In this document: positions 9,908-19,156 of the stretch, in pieces
Layout of the letters: each line of letters starts with the position of its first letter
Position numbering within the stretch: the stretch's first letter is position 1
Virus record (IMG/VR): IMGVR_UViG_3300015214_000029
Location: 21,756-85,755 of that record
Source: a virus
Taxonomy: Duplodnaviria; Caudoviricetes
DNA length: 64,000 bases
Strand: one strand, 5' to 3'
The notes under the pieces: generated by a model
What the model was told of the DNA's origin: nothing
The model's input: only the letters and a program-made list of their open reading frames with translations
Database searches by the model: none
Made by a program: the position numbers and the translations under genes

Positions 9908-10322
9908 CGTCCACCTCTTGGTCCATGTAGGGAGCCACGTTCACCAGGAACTCCAGCCTGTCCAGGCTGGGATCACTGCCGAAATCTCCGATGCGGCATA
10001 CCATCTCGTCCTCGGTGACCGGGCGCACGATCATGTAGTTGAAGCCGCGCATGAAGTCACGCGAGATGAAGAACGTTATGTCCTCGCCCTCGCTGACCAC
10101 CTCTTCCCAGGGCTCCCAGGTCGAGTCACCCAGCATCTTGCGCAGTTCCTCTTCACTGGTGTCCGGGTCCCCTTCCTGAAGATGCTCCACGATACCGGAC
10201 TGGAAGCTGGACAGGGACTTGCGGGCCGCTGCCAGCCCCTCTTCCCGGGTGCTGAAGAACCCTACTGCCGTGCAATGACCGGTCGAAACAGCCTCAGCCA
10301 CCCAGCACAAACGTTCACTCAT
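9897..10322 (-). CDS. Hypothetical protein
   Basis: 141-aa ORF with AAGGAG RBS. Confidence 0.6.
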   Translation of the reverse strand: MSERLCWVAEAVSTGHCTAVGFFSTREEGLAAARKSLSSFQSGIVEHLQEGDPDTSEEELRKMLGDSTWEPWEEVVSEGEDITFFISRDFMRGFNYMIVRPVTEDEMVCRIGDFGSDPSLDRLEFLVNVAPYMDQEVDDEA

Positions 10323-10359
10323 CAGTTTCTCCTTTTAGCTAATTTAGCTAGACTAGGTC

Positions 10360-10674
10360 TTACCCGACTACATCAAACAGCACAACCGTTACCAGGTCTG
10401 TTTCCTCGAACCCGGGATAGATGTCCTGCATCACTGCCAGCAGCCCCTCGCGGGTGCGGCAGGCAGGGTCGTGCTCCACCGCCAGCCATGCGGCGGGGAT
10501 CTCCTCGAAGGGCAGAGTGTGGGTGCGGGTGATGATTCCCCGTGCAACCTGGTTCTCTTCCAGATCACAGAGGGAAACCAGCGTACCCTCTTCCTCTGCC
10601 CACTTGTCTCCCCGGCGCACCGTGACATTGGTCCCTTCCTCGAAGGTCGGGTTCTCGAACAGTAACTTCTTCAT
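10360..10674 (-). CDS. ASCH/PUA-like domain protein
   Basis: TVRRGDKW and EHDP..RT..GL..M..YPGF pattern resembling ASCH domains. Confidence 0.5.
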   Translation of the reverse strand: MKKLLFENPTFEEGTNVTVRRGDKWAEEEGTLVSLCDLEENQVARGIITRTHTLPFEEIPAAWLAVEHDPACRTREGLLAVMQDIYPGFEETDLVTVVLFDVVG

Positions 10675-10721
10675 GGTTCCCCCTTAAAGGATTGGTCGAA
10701 TAGGTCCCGGAACTGAAATGC

Positions 10722-10832
10722 TCAGGACAGTAATCCCCCAACAATCCCCGCTACCCGCAGCAGAACCAGCAGGATAGCGGCAAAGACCAAGACCCAGACT
10801 AAAAAGTTGACGTACCCGTCTTCGTGCCACAT
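10722..10832 (-). CDS. Small membrane peptide (36 aa, MWHEDGYVNFLVWVLVFAAILLVLLRVAGIVGGLLS)
   Basis: Read manually; GAGGT RBS upstream, single hydrophobic helix; not in supplied ORF track. Confidence 0.45.
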   Translation of the reverse strand: MWHEDGYVNFLVWVLVFAAILLVLLRVAGIVGGLLS

Positions 10833-11576
10833 ACTCGACACCTCAGCTTCAGGCTCAATAGAATGCCTGTACTATTTAGTTTCGTAGAAATCAAATCCCA
10901 GCGACTTGGTCCAGGCTTGTATGGTGGCCTCGTTCGCATCCAGCAGGTTGGCATCGTTGTAGTAGGTCGTCTCGTCGCCGGGGGTCAACGGACCATCCAG
11001 CAAGTCAAGGGCCTGCTCCCGGGTAATCTGTCCCTGCTGGCGATACTTCTTGATGGTGCGCAGGCGCAGCAGCCTGGCTACTCCGGTAACGATGGAGTCA
11101 CTCATGTTCATTCCTTCCCCCGATATTCCAATGTCCTTCGCTCCCCGGTATAGAGGACATAGCCACAGTCGGCGCAATAGACGAGCGCCTGGTCCCAGAC
11201 CGTCCCCATGAGCTTCACCTCGCGGCTGCGGTAGTCGGCTTTGGTCAGGTTATGCCAGGTCCGCATTGGCGCGTCGATGAACACTTTAGCCGAATAGCGG
11301 ACGTTTTCGCTTCCGCAGCGTGGACAGGTGAGTGTACTCATCCCCGTTATCCCTCTGTTGAGATGTTGGCAAGCCGGGCCTTCACCCACTTGGGAGCCCG
11401 TTTAGCCTTGTAGTGCCGACGCAGCCCGCAGTCATCGCACTTCACCAGAAGATCTCCGGTCAGCCAGGCATCATTGCTGGTACCCGCGTAGCCCCCGTTC
11501 TCCCAGGTGTGCTCGTAGAGCAGGTCATAGAACTCAATGATGGTGCAATTGCTGTGTCGGCACTTAGCCATTGTCC

Positions 11577-12050
11577 CTACTCCCTGAGATCGTCTGCCGT
11601 GCCGCCTGCCAGTAGTTCCGGGCCTATCTTGACCAGAGCCGCCTTTGCCTTGTGGAGCATCTGGTCATAGACTGACAACGGCTTGCCCTCGATCTTGTAC
11701 TGCCAGGTCTGCTTGGGCTCCAGGTACGGGATGAACCAGGCCAAACAAGCGACCGCATCCCGCAGGGTCTCAATGTCCCCCTCTGGTCCGTAGCAGTACG
11801 GACACGGACCCTCGATGTTCTCATAAGTTGCCGGGTCCCAGCCCACTACTGTGATGCCGCTGCCCTCACACTCAACACAGGCTATTTGGTCGCCGCGTAC
11901 TCGCAGAGAGGTGTAGTTGTCGGTAAACTGGACGATATACCCACCGTCTACCAGCCCGATAACCCGCCCGACATCTCCCTCGACAATCCCGTTCCGGATC
12001 TTGTCTGAGGTGTAGATGACTGGCGCTCCAACACGGTACTTTCTAGTCAT
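11577..12050 (-). CDS. Hypothetical protein with CxxC pair (DnaJ-like zinc ribbon)
   Basis: CVECEGSG...CPYCYG; start at MTRKY after GAGGT RBS. Confidence 0.5.
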   Translation of the reverse strand: MTRKYRVGAPVIYTSDKIRNGIVEGDVGRVIGLVDGGYIVQFTDNYTSLRVRGDQIACVECEGSGITVVGWDPATYENIEGPCPYCYGPEGDIETLRDAVACLAWFIPYLEPKQTWQYKIEGKPLSVYDQMLHKAKAALVKIGPELLAGGTADDLRE

Positions 12051-12870
12051 GTCTACCTCGCTGTATGTATTCAAACCGGATCAGCAGCGCCAGCACAATG
12101 ACAAGATAGGCGAGCCCTGCCGGGGGATACCGCTGGTACAGATGTACAAACATTACCCCTACCAGTATCAACCCCAGAATAGCCCCCAGCAGGACACTTG
12201 CCAGCACCCAGCCGCGCATCAGCCTGCCGCTCCCCAATCATCATCCGGGGGCTCTGTCTTTGTCGGCTCTATGAGCAGCATAAGCCCCTGGCTGAAGCGG
12301 ATTGTGACCATTGCCCCGATAAACCCGACCGCCAGGCAGATAGACAGGCCCAGACTGGTGTGCTGGTACAAGAGCCCGGTAAGGACTGCGGTCAGAGTAA
12401 ATAGGGCCAGCAGCACAAATAGTATATACATGTACTACTCCTACTCTGCGCCGGGAAAATCCTCTTCGAGCGCCACCACCTTATCGTACAGGCGCTCCAG
12501 GCTGTCCAGTACCTCAAAGATGTCATCCACCACATCCTTGAAGCGGTTACGCTCTGCATACTCATCGGTGTGATCCGGGACTTCGGACAGTACCTCAGCC
12601 CCCAGGTCGATGATGTTTCCCAGAGCCTTGTCTACTAGATTACTCGCTATGTTGGTACGCATCACTCTACTCCCAGCCAATAGTGGTCGGGTAAAACGTT
12701 CTTGACCTGGCGGATCTCCAGCCCCTCTATCTCGCCCGCCAGCTTCGCTGCTGTCGAGGGGTGAACCTGGCAGATGGTGGGCGACTCGCCATACTTCTGT
12801 GCGTAATAATCCACCGCCCGCTGAAGTCCCACCAGTGAGGGTGAGGCGTCGTACCAGAGCATCCCTATCT

Positions 12871-13236
12871 TCACACCAGACTCCTTTCCCAGGGATCGTA
12901 CAGATCTGCTATTGCGTCGTCTATCGCAGCCACCTGCTCCGGGTCCTGGGGCACAATAAAGAACCCCTGCTCACTCAAGAATAATTCCAGCACTGCCTTG
13001 ATCCGGTTGCGCTGCTCGGCTCGCTGCCGGGCCTGGGCAACCTCGTCCTTCTGCTGCTGAGCAGCCGCATACTTGGACACCGTCGCCTTGTGACAGCCCT
13101 CAGAGCAGAAGTGGTGCTGTATCTCCCCGTGAAACTTGCCGTCCGGCTTGTGCAGGGCATCTGTAATCACCCACTCGGGCTTGGCGATCTCTTCCCCACA
13201 GTTGTCACAGAAGTAGGTATACTTAGCCTTGATCAT
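12871..13236 (-). CDS. Hypothetical zinc-binding protein
   Basis: CDNCG...HFCSEGC motif; GGAGA RBS. Confidence 0.5.
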   Translation of the reverse strand: MIKAKYTYFCDNCGEEIAKPEWVITDALHKPDGKFHGEIQHHFCSEGCHKATVSKYAAAQQQKDEVAQARQRAEQRNRIKAVLELFLSEQGFFIVPQDPEQVAAIDDAIADLYDPWERSLV

Positions 13237-13639
13237 CGTACATCTCCTTAATCCGGGCCTCAATCTCCCGGGCTTTACGCTCGTTGTCCGGCACCTCATA
13301 GGTACCGTCTACCTGCAAGAACATGTCCAGCACCCGCTGAAGGCGCTGAACCCGCTCCCGGTGCAGTGCCTCGCGCTGGGTGCGCCGGATCTCACTGGAT
13401 GTGTAGCGTTTCATAGTCGCTCGTCCCAGAAAGTCAGCGCCACCCGTAAGGCGTAGGCTAGGGCGAAGAAAGGCGTGACCCCCAGAATAACCAGCAGGAC
13501 AAGGGGCCACCAAAGGGCGACAGCGACTACCTGCCAGAGGTTCAGGTCAGACTCTTCTATCATCGCCATGAATAAAACGAAACACACAAAGAGCCAAAAG
13601 ACAACCCCACTGGCTATCATTATGTCCTGTGAGTCCATG

Positions 13640-13990
13640 TCAGGCCCCCCGGTAGCGGTCCTCGCCGTGCCCCTCGCCGTCGATCAGCCCGGCGCTCGCC
13701 CGCTGGTTCAGCCGGTACAGCAGATGGGCAGCGGCATCCTCTAAAGTAACCCCGAGATCCGTGATGCCCTGGACCACCGCCCAGAGCACATCTTCTAACT
13801 CTTCCAGCAGCCGCTCCCGATTCTCGGGCGAGACCACAAAGGGCACCGGTTCGCGCCGCATCTGTTTATTGAGGATGCGCTGGGTCTCGCCCGCTTCCTC
13901 GACCAGCAGGGCAACCGGGTAGATGACCTGGTTCTCGTCCGGGTAGATGGCTGTCTCTGCCACCCGCCGCTGTAAGTCGTTGAGTTCCAT
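13640..13990 (-). CDS. MazG-like nucleotide pyrophosphohydrolase
   Basis: EEAGE...EELEDVLW acidic helix motifs, N-terminal MELNDLQ and C-terminal RL..R...G pattern. Confidence 0.8.
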   Translation of the reverse strand: MELNDLQRRVAETAIYPDENQVIYPVALLVEEAGETQRILNKQMRREPVPFVVSPENRERLLEELEDVLWAVVQGITDLGVTLEDAAAHLLYRLNQRASAGLIDGEGHGEDRYRGA

Positions 13991-14851
13991 AGAATTTGCG
14001 GCAGGGTACTCCCCGTTTTAACGGGGAGGGGAATGCCGCCTTCCTCCTTTTGCGCTTCTCACGATGTGGTGCATCACCTGCCGCCCGAGAAATTCGCTGT
14101 ACGCGGGCGGGATGGCTTGCGCGGTCTCGCGCTGCGTCATGTACCAGTCGATGCCCATTGCCGCCCGCCCCTCCGCTACCCCGCTGAAATGGCCGAAGAT
14201 GCTCCACACCTCGCCCTCGTCCTGCGGCTGGCGTCCGGTGCGCGGTGCCCGCAACCCCAGCGCCTTGTGCGAAACGTGCTCGGGTGCTACCAGCGGCAGG
14301 TTGCTCTCGAAGTAGCGATGCCGGAACATCCGCAGTCCGAACATCGTGCCGCACAGCATCACAGGGTTGTGCAGCGGTGCGCCTGCTACGTTCTCAATAA
14401 TGTACGGCTTGCCGCTATCCACGAGCAGCGCCCGCGCTGCCGCTACCAGGTCGGGGTACTCGTTGCCGAGTACGTTATTCAGCGACGTATACGCCTGGCA
14501 CGGCGGGCTTGCCCAGATGAGGTCAAATGTGCCGAGGTCGAGCGGCGGGCGTAGCGCGTCGCCCCGCACGAAGGCGAACGGGTAGTTCGGCTGGTTGCCA
14601 ATATCGACACCCACGACCTCGAAGCCCGCCATGTGCAGGCCCATCGCCGCGCCGCCCGCGCCGCAGAACAAGTCCAGCGCCTTCATCTCACGCCACCGCC
14701 AGCTGCGTGTACGTAGAACAAAAGTGCGCGTTGACCATGTTATCCCTCTCTGAATATTCTCTCCGCCGGGACGCGGCCCCCAGACGCTAACGTGGGCCAC
14801 GATGCCGTGCGTAGTCTGGGAAGCTCCCCCTTTAAGGGGGAGAGCCGTCAC
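13991..14851 (+). mobile_element. Non-autonomous IS200/IS605 element (tnpB-less) carrying a C5 DNA methyltransferase
   Basis: Left ~66 bp identical to 27203-27268 and right ~100 bp nearly identical to 28460-28564; subterminal hairpins CTCCCCGTT-TT-AACGGGGAG and CTCCCCCTTTAAGGGGGAG; ends in TCAC; preceded by TCCAT like the other copy. Confidence 0.9.
14018..14686 (-). CDS. C5 cytosine DNA methyltransferase (short phage type)
   Basis: Motif I LDLFCGAGG, motif IV SPPCQ, motif VI IENV, RHRYF, AIPPAY; true start MKALDL at 14686; stop codon lies inside the IS left end. Confidence 0.9.
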   Translation of the reverse strand: MKALDLFCGAGGAAMGLHMAGFEVVGVDIGNQPNYPFAFVRGDALRPPLDLGTFDLIWASPPCQAYTSLNNVLGNEYPDLVAAARALLVDSGKPYIIENVAGAPLHNPVMLCGTMFGLRMFRHRYFESNLPLVAPEHVSHKALGLRAPRTGRQPQDEGEVWSIFGHFSGVAEGRAAMGIDWYMTQRETAQAIPPAYSEFLGRQVMHHIVRSAKGGRRHSPPR

Positions 14852-15090
14852 CAGAGCTCCATGTCTTCGGGGTCTGCCTTGACCCCTGCCGGACAGCAGC
14901 AGCGTCGCCAGTAAGCCCGGCCCCAGTAACAAGTTGTTAGTTCTTCAGTTGCCGGGTAGAGTTCGACCAGATAGGTGCCCCGCCCGCCACACTCGCACGA
15001 ACAGGGGTCCTCTTCCTCTACCGGCCGCCCATCTACCCAAACAGTCATGACTTCAGGTGCGACAATAAAAAGTCGATGATACCGGGACAC
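14848..15090 (-). CDS. Hypothetical protein
   Basis: 80-aa Cys-rich ORF; last Trp codon and stop are created at the IS right-end junction. Confidence 0.5.
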   Translation of the reverse strand: MSRYHRLFIVAPEVMTVWVDGRPVEEEDPCSCECGGRGTYLVELYPATEELTTCYWGRAYWRRCCCPAGVKADPEDMELW

Positions 15091-15401
15091 TGGCTGCGGA
15101 CCGCAGCCCTGACCCCCGCCTCAGTGAGTTCGATTAAGAAATCCCGCGTGCGCCACGTACCGCTAACCTTAACAAATCCACGAGCTTCCAAAGATTTAAC
15201 ACTGATCTCGTGTAAAGTACGACCGTCTTCCAGTACATAACCATACAGCCCGTCCTTGAAAGGACGAAACGGCTCCGGGTAGCACCGGGTAATCTCATTC
15301 AGCAGGCTGTACCAACTCCGTGCCTTAACGATCTCCACCTTCAAACTCCGGATAAACCTCGGTCGTCTTATTATAGAAGCAGATCCAACCACTCCCTTCA
15401 A
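15045..15401 (-). CDS. Hypothetical protein, possible winged-helix
   Basis: SVKSLEARGFV...IELTEAG pattern. Confidence 0.4.
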   Translation of the reverse strand: MKGVVGSASIIRRPRFIRSLKVEIVKARSWYSLLNEITRCYPEPFRPFKDGLYGYVLEDGRTLHEISVKSLEARGFVKVSGTWRTRDFLIELTEAGVRAAVRSQCPGIIDFLLSHLKS

Positions 15402-15987
15402 TCAGGCAGTCACAGACCCGACCTTCCTGGCTGTGGTAGTTCAGGTAGCCCGGGCACTGACCGTCCTCACCCTGCTGGTAGGCTTCCACCAAATCCTTAT
15501 AGGGCTCCAGGCTGATGGCCCGCCCGCAGGTGTCCACCCTGCCAGTCTCACTGTAAACACAGGGCGGGAACTGCCCGGGCCGGGTCACTACCGCTTCAAC
15601 CGTTGTATCGCCCCCGTACTCAACTGCCAGCCGCTCGAAGACGGTGTCCAACACACTGAGCCCAGCACTGTACTCCGCCTCACCGCCCATGCCGAAGATC
15701 TCAGCTTCCAGCAAACGGGCCAGCAGGTCCACTTCAGCATCACTCAGGTACACCCGCAACTCCGGCGTCGCCGTTGGCGTCGGGGGTGTAGTTGGCGTCG
15801 CCGTTGGCGTCGGGGGTGTAGTTGGCGTCGCTGTCGGGACCGGTGCTGCCTCTGTTGGTAGCTGCGTGGGTCGCCGGTCCAGCGGCAAGGGTGTCTCCGC
15901 CGAGTCTACCGGGACAAAGACCAGCAGGTTTACTGACAGGATCAGAATTAGAGCAAAGATGGTATAAATAATTGGACTAGAGCGCAC
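15325..15987 (-). CDS. SleB-like cell wall hydrolase with N-terminal membrane anchor and PT-rich linker
   Basis: Hydrophobic N-terminus, PTATPTTPP repeats, LLARLLEAE and VVTRPGQF motifs. Confidence 0.7.
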   Translation of the reverse strand: MRSSPIIYTIFALILILSVNLLVFVPVDSAETPLPLDRRPTQLPTEAAPVPTATPTTPPTPTATPTTPPTPTATPELRVYLSDAEVDLLARLLEAEIFGMGGEAEYSAGLSVLDTVFERLAVEYGGDTTVEAVVTRPGQFPPCVYSETGRVDTCGRAISLEPYKDLVEAYQQGEDGQCPGYLNYHSQEGRVCDCLIEGSGWICFYNKTTEVYPEFEGGDR

Positions 15988-15989
15988 GA

Positions 15990-16226
15990 TTACCCCCAGT
16001 GAGCTTGATGTTTGTGCCGGTAACAGTAGGCATACCCGCCGACCACTGCTCCGGTCTTAATATCTACTACCTCTGGACAGAACGCTGTTTGTCCCCAGGG
16101 TTGATAACTACAGGTCACCTCTCCCCGGCGAATGTGACTCTTCAAATGACTGGCCCAGCCCAGTCCGTTTGATGTGACTAGCTTCCCACAATAATGACAC
16201 CTGCGTTTACCATAAGTTCTGCCCAT
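15990..16226 (-). CDS. Small protein with C2H2-like zinc finger
   Basis: CHYC-x13-HLKSH. Confidence 0.45.
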   Translation of the reverse strand: MGRTYGKRRCHYCGKLVTSNGLGWASHLKSHIRRGEVTCSYQPWGQTAFCPEVVDIKTGAVVGGYAYCYRHKHQAHWG

Positions 16227-16576
16227 CAGCCCACCACCATAAACCTCAGTAACTCAACCCCGAACCGGTACAGGAACTCCGGGATCGGGCGGGGGACGGC
16301 TCCCCTCAGCAGCAGCCAGAACACGATGTCTGGGTGTGGCCTATAGAGTTCATTCCCCCGCCCGCTAGTGCGGAGCCTGTGGCGCTCGAAGCGGTACTTG
16401 GCTTCCTCTTCAAGCTCCCTGCCCCTGTCCGGGAAGACCCTGAGCAGGTACGTGTGCGGGTTGCTGGTCATATATGTATTCAGTCGGTTTTCTACATCGA
16501 CAGCAAGCCCGAACTTGAAATACCCGCCCACCTGGATCACATACCCATCTGGGTTCTTACGCCTGCCCCGCCTCAT
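16226..16576 (-). CDS. T5orf172/GIY-YIG-like domain protein
   Basis: YVI...YFKFG...VENRL..Y.TSNP pattern. Confidence 0.6.
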   Translation of the reverse strand: MRRGRRKNPDGYVIQVGGYFKFGLAVDVENRLNTYMTSNPHTYLLRVFPDRGRELEEEAKYRFERHRLRTSGRGNELYRPHPDIVFWLLLRGAVPRPIPEFLYRFGVELLRFMVVG

Positions 16577-16692
16577 GACACGTAAACGACGCTCGGCTTT
16601 GGACTCGCCAAAACCAGGCGTCGCTTTTTCTCTCCCAGGAAGTCGATGTTCACGGTTACTTGTAGTGGTAATGGCTATTCGGTTGTCACGAG

Positions 16693-16765
16693 CACGTCCG
16701 GTAGGAGTCGAACCTACAGTCCCCGCTTTTGGAGAGCGGTGCGTTGCCTGTTACGCTACGGACGT
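16693..16765 (-). tRNA. trnW: tRNA-Trp (CCA)
   Basis: Full cloverleaf: ACGTCCG acceptor (A1-U72, G73), D arm GCGT-AACAGGCA-ACGC, anticodon arm CCGCT-CTCCAAA-AGCGG, T arm GTAGG-TTCGACT-CCTAC; no encoded CCA end. Confidence 0.95.
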
Positions 16766-16888
16766 ATAAGCCCGAGAGCGGGCTGATGGCACGGGCTGAC
16801 TCTCAGGTATTCCCGCTTTAGGTCTTTCCCCGCCAGAGGAGCCGTCACCCTGCACCCCTGACTTCGCAGTTATCTCTTCTCAATTATC

Positions 16889-16917
16889 AGTATAAGGCAT
16901 TTTTCGCAGGGTGTCAA
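16889..16917 (-). promoter_or_regulatory. sigma70-type promoter for tRNA-Trp
   Basis: TTGACA-N17-TATACT on minus strand. Confidence 0.8.
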
Positions 16918-16947
16918 GCAAGTCATTAAGACTGCTCAGTTGGAATC

Positions 16948-17475
16948 CTAGTGACTCGTCTGCTGCAACCGCTGGCGTATGACCGGCTCCTGGTAGAACT
17001 GCCAGAACTCGGGGGCCACTTCATACCGGCGCGGGATCTCATAGATGATGTCTGTGCCCCGGGTGCCCGCCCAGGTCCGGTCCAACTGGGAGCGCATTGG
17101 CAGGGTATCCAGCCAGCCCTCGACGCGCCGCATCCCGTAACGGGCAACTGCTATCCAGTAGCAGGTGGTGGTGTCGGGGGGCTGGGGCTGGTGTTCCTCG
17201 GGCAGCAGCAGGAAACAATTTACCCCACAGAAAATACGCCAGTGCCACTCTACGCTTGCTGGGACCCTTGCCCTGGATAAAATGCCCTCGTGCATCTCTA
17301 CGGCCTGTAGTGGGCGAAAGCTGAGGTCAGACAAGCCCCGGCGCTCTTCGTACAGCTTACCCTTCAGCCAGGCCCGCCACGAGGGGACCTCGGCGTTGGT
17401 TAAGGTTTCCTGCCCCTGACTCTCAAAGAGAGCCGGGTCATACATGATGAGCAAGTCTAGCTCGGTAACCATCAT
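16948..17475 (-). CDS. Hypothetical protein
   Basis: ORF coupled to the upstream nuclease gene. Confidence 0.5.
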   Translation of the reverse strand: MMVTELDLLIMYDPALFESQGQETLTNAEVPSWRAWLKGKLYEERRGLSDLSFRPLQAVEMHEGILSRARVPASVEWHWRIFCGVNCFLLLPEEHQPQPPDTTTCYWIAVARYGMRRVEGWLDTLPMRSQLDRTWAGTRGTDIIYEIPRRYEVAPEFWQFYQEPVIRQRLQQTSH

Positions 17476-17791
17476 CCAGACTCTTTCCGTCCCCGGGCTC
17501 CCAGCCAAACGCCTGGACTACCAACTGCCCGGGCGTCGTAACACAGTAAACCGGGAAGCCCGCCCACTGCTCAAAGAACTGCTGCTCGTCTTCAGTCAGT
17601 TTCCCGCCCTCATCCTTGATCTCCACTAGGACGATAAAAGGTTCCCAGAGGTCGCGGCGCATTCCACCAACCACGACATCCGGGAACCCCTGGCCTAGCG
17701 TGTGTGTGAGGGCGACCAGAAAGCCTACCTCACGCAGCGTTTCAACCAGTGCCTTCTGATTGCGGTCCGTCTTCCTGCGGTATTTCGTCAT
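17438..17791 (-). CDS. VRR-NUC/PD-(D/E)XK nuclease-like protein
   Basis: GFPDVVV...LVEIK...GKLTEDEQQF motif. Confidence 0.75.
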   Translation of the reverse strand: MTKYRRKTDRNQKALVETLREVGFLVALTHTLGQGFPDVVVGGMRRDLWEPFIVLVEIKDEGGKLTEDEQQFFEQWAGFPVYCVTTPGQLVVQAFGWEPGDGKSLDDGYRARLAHHV

Positions 17792-18021
17792 CGGGTCCCA
17801 GCCTGGAGTGAAGTCGCAGGGCTGCGGCGTTGTCACCATCCCACCAGATACTATCCTCGCGCCGCAACGCGCCGGATTCGATCTGCTCGGACTGGAGCAC
17901 TGCCGCCTGCCCTGTCAAGTTGTAGTAGCCGGTTAGGTCCCGGCGCTGATGCGCCGCTAGAGCCGCCTCGTTCAGTTCGTTCAGCGTCTTCATGGTATAT
18001 CGACTCTCCCTGTTCCTAAAA

Positions 18022-18948
18022 TCAAAGTTCCATCGCATCCGCCACCAGGGGCGCATCCAGGCTGGTGTCCAGGTACCGCTCCGTCACCGCCATCGAGGTG
18101 TGCCCCAGCATGAACTGGGCCTGCTTCATGTCGTCGGTGCGGTTGTAGAGCAGTGTTGCTGCCGAGCGGCGCAGGTCGTGAACCGAAATCTGGGGCAGAC
18201 CTGCCGCCCCCGCCCGCTTCTTGACCACCCGCCACAGCCCATTAGTCGTGATCTGCCCGTTCCACTCATCCGAGGGGGTCAGTGAGACGAAGATGCGCTC
18301 ACTGTCCCCTGCCGGGCGCAGGGCGTGCCATGTCTCAAGCAGTGCAACAGCATAGCTGGCAACCGGTACTGTGCGTACCCGGTGGTGCTTACCCTGGATG
18401 TCCTCAAACTGGGCGACGATCTTGCCCCCCATCTCCCGTTTGCGGAACTGGCCCCAGACCAGTTCCGCAACCTCAAAGACGCGCAACCCACAAGCCAGGA
18501 AGACTGCCAGGATCGCCCGGTCGCGCACCACCAGCCGCTCATCCTCGCCCTCTTCAACCGGGAAGTTAAGCAACTGCCGCATCCCTGCGGCATCCAGCCA
18601 GTTGCCCCGCTTCTGCCCGCGCACCGGAATGCTCTCGACACTCTCTGCTTTACTCGCCAGGTCTGCCGGGATCAGGCCCTCTCGCGCAGCTACCCGGAAG
18701 AACTTGCGGATAGCCGACAGCTTCTTGTTGATGGTAGCAGGCTTGTAGCCCCGCTCGCGCAGCGACCGCTTGTACGCGCCCACTGCCTGTGCCGGGGACT
18801 GAACCCCCTGCCCCGCCGAGTGTGCCAGGAACTTACGGATCTCATCCTCGTACACCTGAGCCGTCTTCTCAGAGTTGGTCTCAGCGACCACCATCTGGAT
18901 GACTGACTCAACCTGGTCATTGAACTGGGTCTTAACTATCAGGGACAT
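18022..18948 (-). CDS. Tyrosine recombinase/integrase
   Basis: Catalytic set intact: GLR, K in KHHRVR, HDLRR, LGH, RY; N-terminal SAM-like domain. Confidence 0.92.
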   Translation of the reverse strand: MSLIVKTQFNDQVESVIQMVVAETNSEKTAQVYEDEIRKFLAHSAGQGVQSPAQAVGAYKRSLRERGYKPATINKKLSAIRKFFRVAAREGLIPADLASKAESVESIPVRGQKRGNWLDAAGMRQLLNFPVEEGEDERLVVRDRAILAVFLACGLRVFEVAELVWGQFRKREMGGKIVAQFEDIQGKHHRVRTVPVASYAVALLETWHALRPAGDSERIFVSLTPSDEWNGQITTNGLWRVVKKRAGAAGLPQISVHDLRRSAATLLYNRTDDMKQAQFMLGHTSMAVTERYLDTSLDAPLVADAMEL

Positions 18949-18972
18949 CCTAGACTCCTTTGTCTATGCCTC

Positions 18973-19091
18973 TCTACTTCTCAGTATATTCTATTGCCTT
19001 TTCCTTGTCAAGAGGTTTCGACAAGAATCGTCAAGACCCGGGCCACACACCCCGGGTCCCGACTTCAAGGAGTCTAGTATGAGTGTGTTGG
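18973..19091. repeat. 119-bp direct repeat copy 1 (minus-strand promoter TTGACA-N17-TATACT, 12-10-12 palindrome, + strand RBS and ATG)
   Basis: Aligns with 20711-20829. Confidence 0.9.
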
Positions 19092-19156
19092 ATAGTGTGG
19101 TGGTCTCTCTACATAGCTTGGCGTTCCAAACGTACCGGCAGAGTAAAGCATAATGT

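Noticed and set aside
14687-14932. N-terminal extension of the C5 methyltransferase in the ORF track
   Set aside because: It runs across the IS right end into the flanking gene; motif I begins right after Met 14686
15762-15835. 30-bp tandem repeat here and 18-bp repeats near 53085-53140 as regulatory repeats
   Set aside because: They encode Pro/Thr linkers in exported proteins
16810-16848. GAGCCGTCAC and CCCGCTTTAG resembling an IS right end
   Set aside because: Only ~10 bp match, no complete subterminal hairpin and no left end
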